A stretch of DNA of 64,000 nt, taken from contig DASVCO010000183.1 of NCBI GenBank assembly GCA_036381575.1, positions 3,092 to 67,091 on the forward strand. Reading direction: 5' to 3'. The notes beneath the pieces are model-generated. The model did no database searches. It was not told the origin of the DNA and saw only the letters and a program-made list of their open reading frames with translations. This document shows positions 1 through 8,355 of this stretch, piece by piece (position 1 is the stretch's first letter; each line of letters begins with the position of its first letter). Both the position numbers and the translations under genes were made by a program. This stretch comes from Bacillales bacterium. GTDB lineage: Bacteria; Bacillota; Bacilli; Bacillales; DASSOY01.

Positions 1-52
1 AACGAAAGACCGTTTGCGTCAGGTTTATATGGATCACCATCCACGGGCGTAA
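1..52 (+). CDS. xerC: 3' end of tyrosine recombinase XerC/CodV (partial, starts before the window)
   Basis: Frame 2 reads TKDRLRQVYMDHHPRA then TAA at 50-52. This is a typical Xer/CodV C-terminus and fits the codV-hslV-hslU-codY order. Confidence 0.6.
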   Translation, partial: TKDRLRQVYMDHHPRA

Positions 53-152
53 CAGGGCCGGCAGATTTTGAAGCAAAGATAACCCTTTTCTTTGCAGTTG
101 CGTAATCTGGTCACTGTATTTGTATCTGACTTTTGCCTAAGGAGGCAATGAA

Positions 153-695
153 ATGGGTTCTTTTCATGCGACAACGATTTTTGCAATCCAACATAACGGA
201 AAGAGCGCGATGGCCGGAGACGGTCAAGTGACACTTGGCAATTCTGTCGTAATGAAGCATTCGGCGCGCAAAGTTCGGAGGTTATATAAAGGGAAAGTGC
301 TCGCGGGCTTTGCGGGATCAGTAGCAGATGCTTTCACCTTGTCCGAGAAATTCGAAGGAAAGTTGGAAGAGTATAACGGGAACTTGCAGCGCGCTGCTGT
401 TGAATTGGCTAAAGAATGGCGAAGCGACAAGGTTCTGCGGAAATTGGAAGCGATGCTGATTGTGATGAACAGTGACAGTCTCTTGTTGATTTCCGGTACC
501 GGAGAAGTGATCGAACCCGATGACGGGATTCTGGCTATCGGATCTGGAGGGAATTATGCACTTGCAGCAGGCAGAGCGTTGAAACATCATTCGGGTGCCC
601 AGCTCACGGCAAGTGAAATGGCAAAGGCTTCTTTGGAAATTGCCAGTGAGATATGTGTTTTTACAAATAACCGTATTATCGTGGAAGAGCTTTAA
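153..695 (+). CDS. hslV: ATP-dependent protease subunit HslV (ClpQ/CodW)
   Basis: 180-aa ORF. The N-terminal [21 protein letters not shown] region and full-length similarity match remembered B. subtilis ClpQ. SD AAGGAGG lies 7 nt upstream. Confidence 0.95.
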   Translation: MGSFHATTIFAIQHNGKSAMAGDGQVTLGNSVVMKHSARKVRRLYKGKVLAGFAGSVADAFTLSEKFEGKLEEYNGNLQRAAVELAKEWRSDKVLRKLEAMLIVMNSDSLLLISGTGEVIEPDDGILAIGSGGNYALAAGRALKHHSGAQLTASEMAKASLEIASEICVFTNNRIIVEEL

Positions 696-810
696 ACCCA
701 CTGGAGTAGTTAACTTTTCAAGAAGCCTCGTCTCTCTGGACGGTATACCCGGCATGTCTCCGGGGCAAAGTGGATTTAGGACGGATTGACAAAAGCGAAG
801 GAGGAAAATG

Positions 811-2217
811 ATGGCCAATCATTTGACACCACGGCAAATCGTTGAGAAGCTCGACCAATATATCATCGGACAGGAAAAAGCGAAAAAATCGGTGGCGATA
901 GCGCTGAGAAATCGATTTCGGCGTATGAAACTGGATAGTGAACTCCGGGAAGAAATTGTTCCGAAAAATATTCTGATGATCGGGCCGACAGGAGTCGGGA
1001 AGACGGAAATTGCCCGCCGTCTTGCGAAATTGGTCGGCGCGCCGTTCATAAAGGTCGAAGCAACGAAGTTTACTGAGATTGGATATGTCGGGCGTGAAGT
1101 TGAATCGATGGTTCGCGATCTTGTAGAGGTGTCTATCCGAATCGTTAAGGAAGAGCGAATGAAGGATGTTCAGGAGAAGGCTGAGAAAAATGCCGAAAAA
1201 CGCATAGCCGAATTGCTTGTTCCGTCAGATAAGAAACAAACCAATTACAAAAATCCGCTTGAAATGTTCTTCGGCAATCAAAACAACGATGATGAGGATG
1301 AAAGTGGCAGCAATGAAGCACAGGAGGAACAGTCGCTTTCAGCACGCCGGAAACAAATCGCCCATCAGCTGGCCTTGGGTGAGTTGGAAGATCATTATGT
1401 TACTGTTGAGATCGAGGAACAGTCACAGAACAATATGTTCGATCTCTTTCAAGGTTCGGGTATGGAACAAATCGGCATGAACATGCAGGATATGCTAGGC
1501 AACATGATGCCGAAGAAACAGAAGAAGCGTAAGCTGACAGTTCGGGAAGCCCGGAAGGTTCTGACCCAGGATGAAGCCCAGAAATTAATTGATATGGACG
1601 AAGTCGTTCAGGATGGGGTTTTAAAAGCAGAACAATCGGGAATCATTTTTATTGACGAAATTGATAAAATAACGGGGAAAAATCAAAATTCCGGCGACGT
1701 ATCGCGTGAAGGTGTACAAAGAGACATTCTGCCTATTGTCGAGGGATCAACGGTCATGACGAAACATGGGTCGATCAAGACTGACCATATTTTGTTTATA
1801 GCCGCAGGCGCATTTCATATTGCCAAACCCTCGGATCTTATTCCCGAATTGCAGGGCCGTTTCCCGATTCGTGTCGAGTTAACCAACTTATCCATTGATG
1901 ATTTCGTTAACATTCTGATTGAGCCGGATAACGCGCTTTTGAAACAATATGAAGCTTTGTTAAAAACGGAAGGTATAGAAATTGAATTTTCTGACGAGGC
2001 TATTCATAGAATCGCATCGATTGCTTATGAGGTAAATCAGGACACTGATAATATTGGAGCGCGGCGACTGCACACGATTATGGAACGATTGCTCGAGGAT
2101 TTGTCCTTTGAAGCTCCTGACGTCACGTTGGAGAAGATCACAATCACTCCGCAATATGTTGATGAGAAATTGGCCGATATTGCGAAGAATCGTGACTTGA
2201 GCCAGTATATCCTATAG
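811..2217 (+). CDS. hslU: ATP-dependent protease ATPase subunit HslU (ClpY/CodX)
   Basis: Walker [16 protein letters not shown] and an AAA+ fold. There are two adjacent ATGs (808 and 811); 811 has the better spacing from GGAGG (800-804). Confidence 0.95.
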   Translation: MANHLTPRQIVEKLDQYIIGQEKAKKSVAIALRNRFRRMKLDSELREEIVPKNILMIGPTGVGKTEIARRLAKLVGAPFIKVEATKFTEIGYVGREVESMVRDLVEVSIRIVKEERMKDVQEKAEKNAEKRIAELLVPSDKKQTNYKNPLEMFFGNQNNDDEDESGSNEAQEEQSLSARRKQIAHQLALGELEDHYVTVEIEEQSQNNMFDLFQGSGMEQIGMNMQDMLGNMMPKKQKKRKLTVREARKVLTQDEAQKLIDMDEVVQDGVLKAEQSGIIFIDEIDKITGKNQNSGDVSREGVQRDILPIVEGSTVMTKHGSIKTDHILFIAAGAFHIAKPSDLIPELQGRFPIRVELTNLSIDDFVNILIEPDNALLKQYEALLKTEGIEIEFSDEAIHRIASIAYEVNQDTDNIGARRLHTIMERLLEDLSFEAPDVTLEKITITPQYVDEKLADIAKNRDLSQYIL

Positions 2218-2244
2218 GAGTTTATTTCATCGGCTAATCCCTGT

Positions 2245-2347
2245 TAAGCGATACAAACAAGCTGAGAAAACTACTTCGTGAATTAGCTGTGGGCGCGGGA
2301 GTACTTAATGAATCCTGTAATTAACGCAGTGAAAATAATAAGGAGAG
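2245..2347 (+). repeat. Copy 1 of a tandem direct repeat in the hslU-codY spacer; ends in an orphan SD (AAGGAGAG)
   Basis: 2259-2347 aligns without gaps to 2385-2473 (offset 126 nt) with 83/89 identities counted by hand. Similarity extends upstream to TAAGCG (2245-2250 versus 2368-2373) with a small indel. Confidence 0.9.
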
Positions 2348-2367
2348 CTCTAGTAAGACATCTTGAG

Positions 2368-2473
2368 TAAGCGGCGCTATGACCAAGCCGAGAAGACTAC
2401 TACGTGAACTAGCTGTGGGCGCGGGAATACTTAATGAATCCTGTAACTAACGCAGTGAAAATAATAAGGAGAG
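2368..2473 (+). repeat. Copy 2 of the tandem direct repeat; its terminal AAGGAGAG is the functional codY SD
   Basis: See copy 1. This copy is followed 8 nt later by the codY ATG at 2482. Confidence 0.9.
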
Positions 2474-2481
2474 TGAAGACA

Positions 2482-3258
2482 ATGAGTCTATTGGAGAAAA
2501 CAAGAAAAATCAATGCAATGCTGCAGCAAGCGGCGGGAAAACCGGTGAATTTCAAGGAGATGGCGGAAACCCTGAGGGACGTTATCGAAACGAATACTTT
2601 TGTACTGAGCCGGAGAGGAAAATTACTAGGACTGGCTTTGAAGCAGGAAATTGAAAATGATCGCATGAAGAAGATTTTTGAAGAGCGGAAGTTTCCGAGC
2701 GGCTATTCGGAAAATCTGTTCAAGATTACGGAAACATCATCGAATCTTGACATTGAAAGTGAATTTACTGCATTTCCAGTCGAAGAAAAAGAACTCTTCG
2801 CCAACGGTTTAACGACTATTGTGCCGATTGTTGGCGGAGGTGAACGCTTGGGTACGCTGATTCTGTCACGTTTGAACGAATCGTTCCAGGATGAGGATCT
2901 GATTTTGGCAGAGTACGGCGCAACGGTTGTAGGTATGGAAATTTTGCGGGAAAAAGCTGAAGAAATTGAAGAAGAAGCCCGTAACAAGGCTGTTGTGCAG
3001 ATGGCCATCAGTTCGTTGTCCTACAGCGAACTTGAAGCAATCGAGCACATCTTCGAAGAGCTGGACGGCCATGAAGGATTGCTTGTGGCAAGCAAAATTG
3101 CGGATCGTGTCGGAATTACCCGTTCGGTTATCGTCAATGCATTAAGAAAGCTCGAAAGTGCGGGTGTAATTGAATCTCGTTCCCTGGGCATGAAAGGAAC
3201 TTATATTAAGGTATTGAACGACAAGTTTCTGGTGGAATTGTCCAAGCTGAAGTCGTAA
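2482..3258 (+). CDS. codY: GTP/BCAA-sensing global transcriptional regulator CodY
   Basis: 258 aa starting [35 protein letters not shown]. The C-terminal w[46 protein letters not shown] is nearly identical to B. subtilis CodY. The ORF-track start at 2434 is an in-frame upstream extension. Confidence 0.97.
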   Translation: MSLLEKTRKINAMLQQAAGKPVNFKEMAETLRDVIETNTFVLSRRGKLLGLALKQEIENDRMKKIFEERKFPSGYSENLFKITETSSNLDIESEFTAFPVEEKELFANGLTTIVPIVGGGERLGTLILSRLNESFQDEDLILAEYGATVVGMEILREKAEEIEEEARNKAVVQMAISSLSYSELEAIEHIFEELDGHEGLLVASKIADRVGITRSVIVNALRKLESAGVIESRSLGMKGTYIKVLNDKFLVELSKLKS

Positions 3259-3270
3259 AGATAAGCTTCG

Positions 3271-3306
3271 GAACTGTCGAATGATTTTTCGGCAGTTCTT
3301 TTTTAT
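3271..3306 (+). terminator. Rho-independent terminator after codY
   Basis: GAACTGTCGA (3271-3280) pairs with TCGGCAGTTC (3289-3298) with one G-T pair, followed by a T-run. Confidence 0.8.
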
Positions 3307-3492
3307 TGATGTCATAAAGCAGCCTTATATGTAGTAAAGTCGGAAGATCCCCATAAAATTAAAGGTGCAAACCTTGATTCTTCTTGATTAAATTTCCTTC
3401 ATTCTCCTTGTTTTCCATAATTAAACTTAAATGTTTCAAACAAAAGGACTTAAGACCTATTCAAAAAATGGGACCTTCGTACCAATAGAAAA

Positions 3493-3507
3493 AGTTTACT
3501 GAAAACC
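3493..3507 (+). promoter_or_regulatory. Candidate CodY box next to the fla/che promoter
   Basis: AGTTTACTGAAAACC matches the AATTTTCWGAAAATT consensus at 11/15 positions (hand count) and sits immediately upstream of the proposed -35. Confidence 0.25.
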
Positions 3508-3509
3508 CA

Positions 3510-3538
3510 TAGACAAGATGATTACGGTTCATTACAAT
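3510..3538 (+). promoter_or_regulatory. Candidate sigA promoter of the fla/che operon
   Basis: TAGACA (3510-3515), a 17-nt spacer, then TACAAT (3533-3538), about 45 nt upstream of the flgB start in an AT-rich 320-nt spacer. Confidence 0.4.
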
Positions 3539-3581
3539 TAAATTAAAATCAACACCATTCGTCATAAATCGAGGTGATTTG

Positions 3582-3965
3582 ATGGCTTGGTTTTCCAATG
3601 GTATCGTTTCCGGGTTAGAGGGAGCATTAGATCGAACCTCATTACGTGAGAAAACGATTACTCAAAACATTGCCAATGTCGATACGCCAAATTACAAAGC
3701 ACAACAGGTTGTTTTCCGGGAGGAGTTCGAGCATGCTTTAAGAGCGCATCGTACCAATCCACGCCATTTAGAATTTTCGACATCTTCTCAGGTTGCCAAT
3801 GTTCAGCCGAAGAACAATACTGCATTTAATAATAACGGCAACAATGTGGATATTGACCGGGAAATGGCAGCTTTGGCGAAAAACCAAATCGAGTACAACG
3901 CATTTATTACCAGGCTTAATTCAGAGTTCAAGCAATTGAATTTGGTTCTGAGAGGAGGAAAGTAA
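3582..3965 (+). CDS. flgB: Flagellar basal-body rod protein FlgB
   Basis: Rod-protein N-terminal motif ITQNIANVDTPNYKA. SD GAGGTG at 3571-3576. ATG 3582 is preferred over TTG 3579. Confidence 0.92.
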   Translation: MAWFSNGIVSGLEGALDRTSLREKTITQNIANVDTPNYKAQQVVFREEFEHALRAHRTNPRHLEFSTSSQVANVQPKNNTAFNNNGNNVDIDREMAALAKNQIEYNAFITRLNSEFKQLNLVLRGGK

Positions 3966-3971
3966 CCGCTT

Positions 3972-4427
3972 ATGTCGATTTTTCATGCGATGAATACTTC
4001 GGCTTCGGCCTTAACAGCTCAGCGATTGCGAATGGATGTCATTTCCTCAAACCTGGCGAATGTAAATACAACCAGAGCTAGGAGAGTAGATGGAGAATGG
4101 CAGCCTTATCGAAGGAAAATGGTTGTGATGGAACCGATTCAAGACAGGAAATTTGCTTCTTATTTGCAGGAAGCAACCAGCCGTCCTTCAGGTTCAGGCG
4201 GAGGGGTTAAGGTAACTGACATTGTTGAGGATCAATCTCCTTTTAAAAGAGTTTATCGTCCTAATCACCCGGATGCTAATGAGAATGGGTATGTTCAGAT
4301 GCCTAACGTGCATCCGCTTAAGGAAATGGTTGATTTAATCGGCGCAACACGCTCCTATGAAGCAAATGTAACGGCATTAAACGCGAGTAAAGGAATGTTG
4401 ATGAAGGCGCTTCGGATCGGACGCTGA
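3972..4427 (+). CDS. flgC: Flagellar basal-body rod protein FlgC
   Basis: SNLANVNTTRA N-terminal motif and the C-terminal YEANVTALNASKGMLMKALRIG rod signature. Confidence 0.94.
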   Translation: MSIFHAMNTSASALTAQRLRMDVISSNLANVNTTRARRVDGEWQPYRRKMVVMEPIQDRKFASYLQEATSRPSGSGGGVKVTDIVEDQSPFKRVYRPNHPDANENGYVQMPNVHPLKEMVDLIGATRSYEANVTALNASKGMLMKALRIGR

Positions 4428-4528
4428 TCCAGGAGGTTTATAATCAGCACAGCCGCTTCATTTCAAGGTAGCGTCCGAAACTCAATTCAACATTAAATCC
4501 TATCTTCAGGAATGGAGGGATAGACAGG

Positions 4529-4822
4529 ATGGAAAGAATTGAAAATCTATCAATGAAAACAATGATTCCGCAAAAACAGGAACTCTCTGCAGCTGAGTCG
4601 GGAGAAGCTTTCACAAATATGTTCAATAATGCACTTAATGAAGTGAACCAGGCCCAGATTGAATCCGATGAAGCCGCAAAAAGATTGATTAATGGAGAGG
4701 CCGTGAATTTACATAATGTAATGATTGCAGCTGAAAAGGCTGAAATAACGCTGACGGCAGCAGTCGAAATTCGAAACAAGGTTGTAGAGGCTTACAAATC
4801 AATTATGCGGATGCAAATGTAA
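4529..4822 (+). CDS. fliE: Flagellar hook-basal body complex protein FliE
   Basis: 97 aa. The C-terminus VMIAAEKAEITLTAAVEIRNKVVEAYKSIMRMQM is typical of FliE. SD GGAGGGA lies 8 nt upstream, and an in-frame TAG at 4469-4471 limits any upstream extension. Confidence 0.9.
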   Translation: MERIENLSMKTMIPQKQELSAAESGEAFTNMFNNALNEVNQAQIESDEAAKRLINGEAVNLHNVMIAAEKAEITLTAAVEIRNKVVEAYKSIMRMQM

Positions 4823-4971
4823 GGAAATAGAATGTAAAGAACCATTGCAGTAATACACAAAGTTGTAAAAGCTATAGGAAATCGAACAGAGATTTGAGAA
4901 CAGTAGTTTATTTTTGATATGAATTTATTTTTTTCTTAATTCCTCATCTCTGAAACGGACCGGGGGCAAAA

Positions 4972-6555
4972 ATGAAAGAGGCACTCGCTCAATATAAGGA
5001 CAAGGGGATAGAATTCTGGCGAGATCTAAGCCAATTAACAAAAGGGATTATGATCGCTATAGTTATTGTTTTTATTGTTATAATCTTTCTCGTCGTTATT
5101 CTGTCAAGACCTGACTTTGTTCCTTTATACAGTAATTTATCCGCCCAGGAGACCGGGCAAATCAAAGCGACGCTTGATTCTCAAGGGGTTCCGTCAAAGA
5201 TCTCAGGAAACGGGACAACTATTAGCGTTCCGAAAGAACAAGCCGATACATTGAAGGTTGAATTGGCCGCGCAGGGGATACCGGAGAGCGGTCATATAGA
5301 CTATTCCTTTTTCGGGAAAAACGCAGGCTGGGGCATGACTGATAATGAGTTCAAAATGGTAAAACAAGAAGCCATGCAAACCGAATTGTCCCAACTAATC
5401 ACGAACATTAACGGTGTTAAAGCCGCCAATGTGATGTTGTCGCTGCCGAAGAAGAGTGTATGGGTTTCGGATAAGGAACAACAGGCTTCAGCTTCCGTTG
5501 TACTTGACCTTGAAACCGGGTATAGGTTGAAGCCGGAACAAGTGCAGGCACTTTATCATCTTGTTTCGAAGAGCGTTCCGCATCTCCCAATAAATAATAT
5601 CGTCATTATGGATGAAATGTTTAATTATTTCGAACCGGTTAATGGGAATCCTGGTGATTCTACCTTTGCCGCTTACGAAGAGCAACGACAAATCAAGAAT
5701 GACATTGAACAAGACATCCAGCAACGCGTTCAACGTATGCTTGGGATGATGATGGGCAGAGACAAGGTTGTTGTTTCTGTAACAACTGATATTGATTTCA
5801 CAAAAGAGAAAAGTACAAAGCAATTGGTTAAACCGGTTGATAAGGAGAACATGGAAGGTCTCCAAGTCAGCGTTGAACGGATCCGGGAAACCTATTCCGG
5901 CGACGGTAATCCTGCCGGGGGTATTCCGGGGACCGGGACTGATGATATAGAAGGCTATGAAGCTACAACCGGGCAGGGAGACGGGAATTACAATCGTGTG
6001 GAGGAACGGATTAATAATGTTTTTAATCGTATTCAAAAAAACATTGTCAAAAGTCCGTACACCATTCGTGACATGGGAATCCAGGTCATGGTGGAACCAC
6101 CCGATCCGAACAATCAGTCATCCTTGCCGCAAGGGCGTATTAATGACATAAGAAATATTCTTTCCACAATTATTCGGACAACCCTTCCGAAAGATGAGGG
6201 TCGAAATTTATCAAACCAAGAAATTGCTGATAAGATTTATGTTTCCGTTCAACCGTTTAACGGTCGCGTGGAAGTAGAAACGAAACCTGAGACTGCTGTC
6301 CCTTATTGGTATTATGTTGTAGCCGGCGCATTGCTTCTTATGATTGTTCTATTAATCTTCCTTTTACTAAGGAAAAGGAACAGTCGTGAAGAAAAGGAAT
6401 TGGAAGAGCTTCAGGAGAAACAACCGCCAATTTCCGCTCAGGCCGAGAAAACGGAAAAACAGGAGACCCTTCGCCGAAAAGAATTGGAAAAGATGGCGAA
6501 GGAACAGCCTGAACAGTTTGCGAAACTGCTGAGAAGTTGGCTGTCGGAGGAATAG
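4972..6555 (+). CDS. fliF: Flagellar MS-ring protein FliF
   Basis: 527 aa with N- and C-proximal transmembrane helices and a periplasmic ring-building region. Position is between fliE and fliG. Confidence 0.93.
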   Translation: MKEALAQYKDKGIEFWRDLSQLTKGIMIAIVIVFIVIIFLVVILSRPDFVPLYSNLSAQETGQIKATLDSQGVPSKISGNGTTISVPKEQADTLKVELAAQGIPESGHIDYSFFGKNAGWGMTDNEFKMVKQEAMQTELSQLITNINGVKAANVMLSLPKKSVWVSDKEQQASASVVLDLETGYRLKPEQVQALYHLVSKSVPHLPINNIVIMDEMFNYFEPVNGNPGDSTFAAYEEQRQIKNDIEQDIQQRVQRMLGMMMGRDKVVVSVTTDIDFTKEKSTKQLVKPVDKENMEGLQVSVERIRETYSGDGNPAGGIPGTGTDDIEGYEATTGQGDGNYNRVEERINNVFNRIQKNIVKSPYTIRDMGIQVMVEPPDPNNQSSLPQGRINDIRNILSTIIRTTLPKDEGRNLSNQEIADKIYVSVQPFNGRVEVETKPETAVPYWYYVVAGALLLMIVLLIFLLLRKRNSREEKELEELQEKQPPISAQAEKTEKQETLRRKELEKMAKEQPEQFAKLLRSWLSEE

Positions 6556-6566
6556 GGGTGATTAGA

Positions 6567-7580
6567 ATGGCGAGAACCATTCGAGAAATGTCAGGAAGGG
6601 AAAGAGCTGCAGTTTTGCTTATTTCACTTGGTCCTGACAGTTCCGCGCAGGTCTATAAACATTTAACTGAAGAAGAAATTGAAAAGTTGACCTTGGAAAT
6701 TTCCAACATGCGGAAGGTTGATAACAGCCTTCAGGATGAGGTTGTGGAGCAATTTCACCAGATTGCTCTCGCCCAGGATTATATTTCACAAGGCGGAATT
6801 GGTTATGCCAAAACCGTCTTGGAAAAAGCCCTTGGAAAGAACGAGGCAATGGGGATTATCAATCGGTTAACCTCCACGTTACAGGTTCGGCCTTTTGATT
6901 TTGCCAGGAAAGCCGACCCTGCACAGGTCCTGAATTTTATTCAGAATGAGCATCCACAGACGATGGCTTTGATTCTTTCCTATTTGGATGCTGCCCAGGC
7001 CGGGCAAATATTATCTGCGCTGCCACACGAAATGCAAGGGGATGTTGCAAAGCGGATTGCTTTAATGGAAAGTACATCTCCTGAAGTCATTAATGAAGTT
7101 GAGCGAATTCTGGAAAGGAAGCTCTCAGCAACATTTACTCAGGATTACACACAAGCCGGCGGTGTAGAGGCGGTTGTACAAGTGTTGAACGGGGTTGATC
7201 GCAGCACTGAAAAGACCATTCTGGATGAGTTGGAAACACAAGATCCTGAACTCGTTGAAGAAATTAAGAAACGGATGTTTGTCTTTGAAGATATTGTAAC
7301 GTTGGATAAACGCGGAATCCAAAGAGTGGTTCGCGATGTCGAAAATGAGGATCTGATGTTGTCTTTGAAGGCAGCGAGCGAGGAAGTAAAAAACATCGTC
7401 TTCGAAAATATGTCACAGCGAATGGCGGAAACATTGAAGGAAGAAATGGAGTTTATGGGACCGGTTCGATTGCGTGATGTTGAGGAAGCTCAGTCTCGAA
7501 TCGTTTCTGTTATCCGTCGACTTGAAGATGCCGGGGAAATTGTGATTGCACGCGGTGGAGGAGATGAGGTCATTGTCTAA
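6567..7580 (+). CDS. fliG: Flagellar motor switch protein FliG
   Basis: 337 aa from ATG 6567 (MARTIREMSGRERAAVLLISLG). Contains EHPQTMALILSYL and the C-terminal torque-helix region. The track start at 6537 overlaps the fliF end. Confidence 0.93.
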   Translation: MARTIREMSGRERAAVLLISLGPDSSAQVYKHLTEEEIEKLTLEISNMRKVDNSLQDEVVEQFHQIALAQDYISQGGIGYAKTVLEKALGKNEAMGIINRLTSTLQVRPFDFARKADPAQVLNFIQNEHPQTMALILSYLDAAQAGQILSALPHEMQGDVAKRIALMESTSPEVINEVERILERKLSATFTQDYTQAGGVEAVVQVLNGVDRSTEKTILDELETQDPELVEEIKKRMFVFEDIVTLDKRGIQRVVRDVENEDLMLSLKAASEEVKNIVFENMSQRMAETLKEEMEFMGPVRLRDVEEAQSRIVSVIRRLEDAGEIVIARGGGDEVIV

Positions 7581-8355
7581 TGTGATCAAGTCGGGAAACG
7601 CAAATAAGGGATATAATCACCGTAAAACGATCCAACTTTCCAATATGATTTTCGATCAGAAAGCGGATTATTATTCTGATGCAGAAACCTTTATGGACCC
7701 CGTTCCGGTACTGAAAAAAGCCGAAATGGAAGCCAAAGAAATACGCAGGCTGGCAAGACAAGAGGCGGATCAAGTTCACAGGCAAATTGAGCAGCAGCGT
7801 GAACAAGCGAAACAGGAGATAGAACAGGCGTTACAGGATGCCAGACAACAGGGGTGGCAGGAAGGGTACCAACTCGGGCTGGATGAAGGCAAGAAACAAT
7901 ACGAAGAGCGTATAGCTGAGGCAAAAAAATCGGTAGAGTCAACAAAAAAGGCGCGTAAGGAACGGCTTGATGAGACGGAATATGACATTCTTGATCTTGG
8001 TGTGAAGATTGCAGGCAAAATTATCAGCTCCGTGCTCCCCGAGGACACCGACAGATGGCTTGAAATGGTGAAAAAGGCTATTTCTGAAGTAAAGGAATAC
8101 GGGGAAATCCGCCTTATCGTTCATCATAAATGGTATGACTTTATGCTGAGTCACAAGAAAGAATTTGAGTCGCTGTTGAAGAACTCAGCCGAATTTTATA
8201 TCTACCCGGAAATAACGGAAGACGAGTTCACCTGCCTCATTGAATTTCCGTCAGGTCGAATCGATGCAGGCGTCGACAGTCAGCTTTCCGAAATCAAGAG
8301 GCAACTTGCTGGGATACTTGAGGAGGCTCAAAATGAACGTCACGGATCTCGCTAA
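7564..8355 (+). CDS. fliH: Flagellar export apparatus protein FliH
   Basis: N-terminal SLSNVIKS, an E/Q-rich coiled coil and a C-terminal FliH domain. The start is ambiguous (TTG 7546, ATG 7564, TTG 7573). Confidence 0.85.
   Translation: MRSLSNVIKSGNANKGYNHRKTIQLSNMIFDQKADYYSDAETFMDPVPVLKKAEMEAKEIRRLARQEADQVHRQIEQQREQAKQEIEQALQDARQQGWQEGYQLGLDEGKKQYEERIAEAKKSVESTKKARKERLDETEYDILDLGVKIAGKIISSVLPEDTDRWLEMVKKAISEVKEYGEIRLIVHHKWYDFMLSHKKEFESLLKNSAEFYIYPEITEDEFTCLIEFPSGRIDAGVDSQLSEIKRQLAGILEEAQNERHGSR

Noticed and set aside
2308-2450. Mini-ORFs inside the codY-leader repeat: a 20-codon ORF at 2308-2370 and a 23-codon ORF at 2379-2450.
   Set aside because: They are too short to support as genes. 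Only one has a plausible SD. The 3-of-6 synonymous differences between repeat copies are not statistically meaningful. They are described under the repeat finding rather than annotated as CDS.
2434-2481. ORF-track N-terminal extensions of codY (2434), fliG (6537), fliI (8240), flgE (12898), cheY (16628), flhA (20558), cheD (28147), proS (37734), truB (49348), mlpA (55122), spoVFA (56374), spoVFB (57353) and asd (58274).
   Set aside because: Homolog N-termini and well-spaced SD sequences support the downstream starts given in the feature list. The extensions overlap upstream genes or lack an SD.
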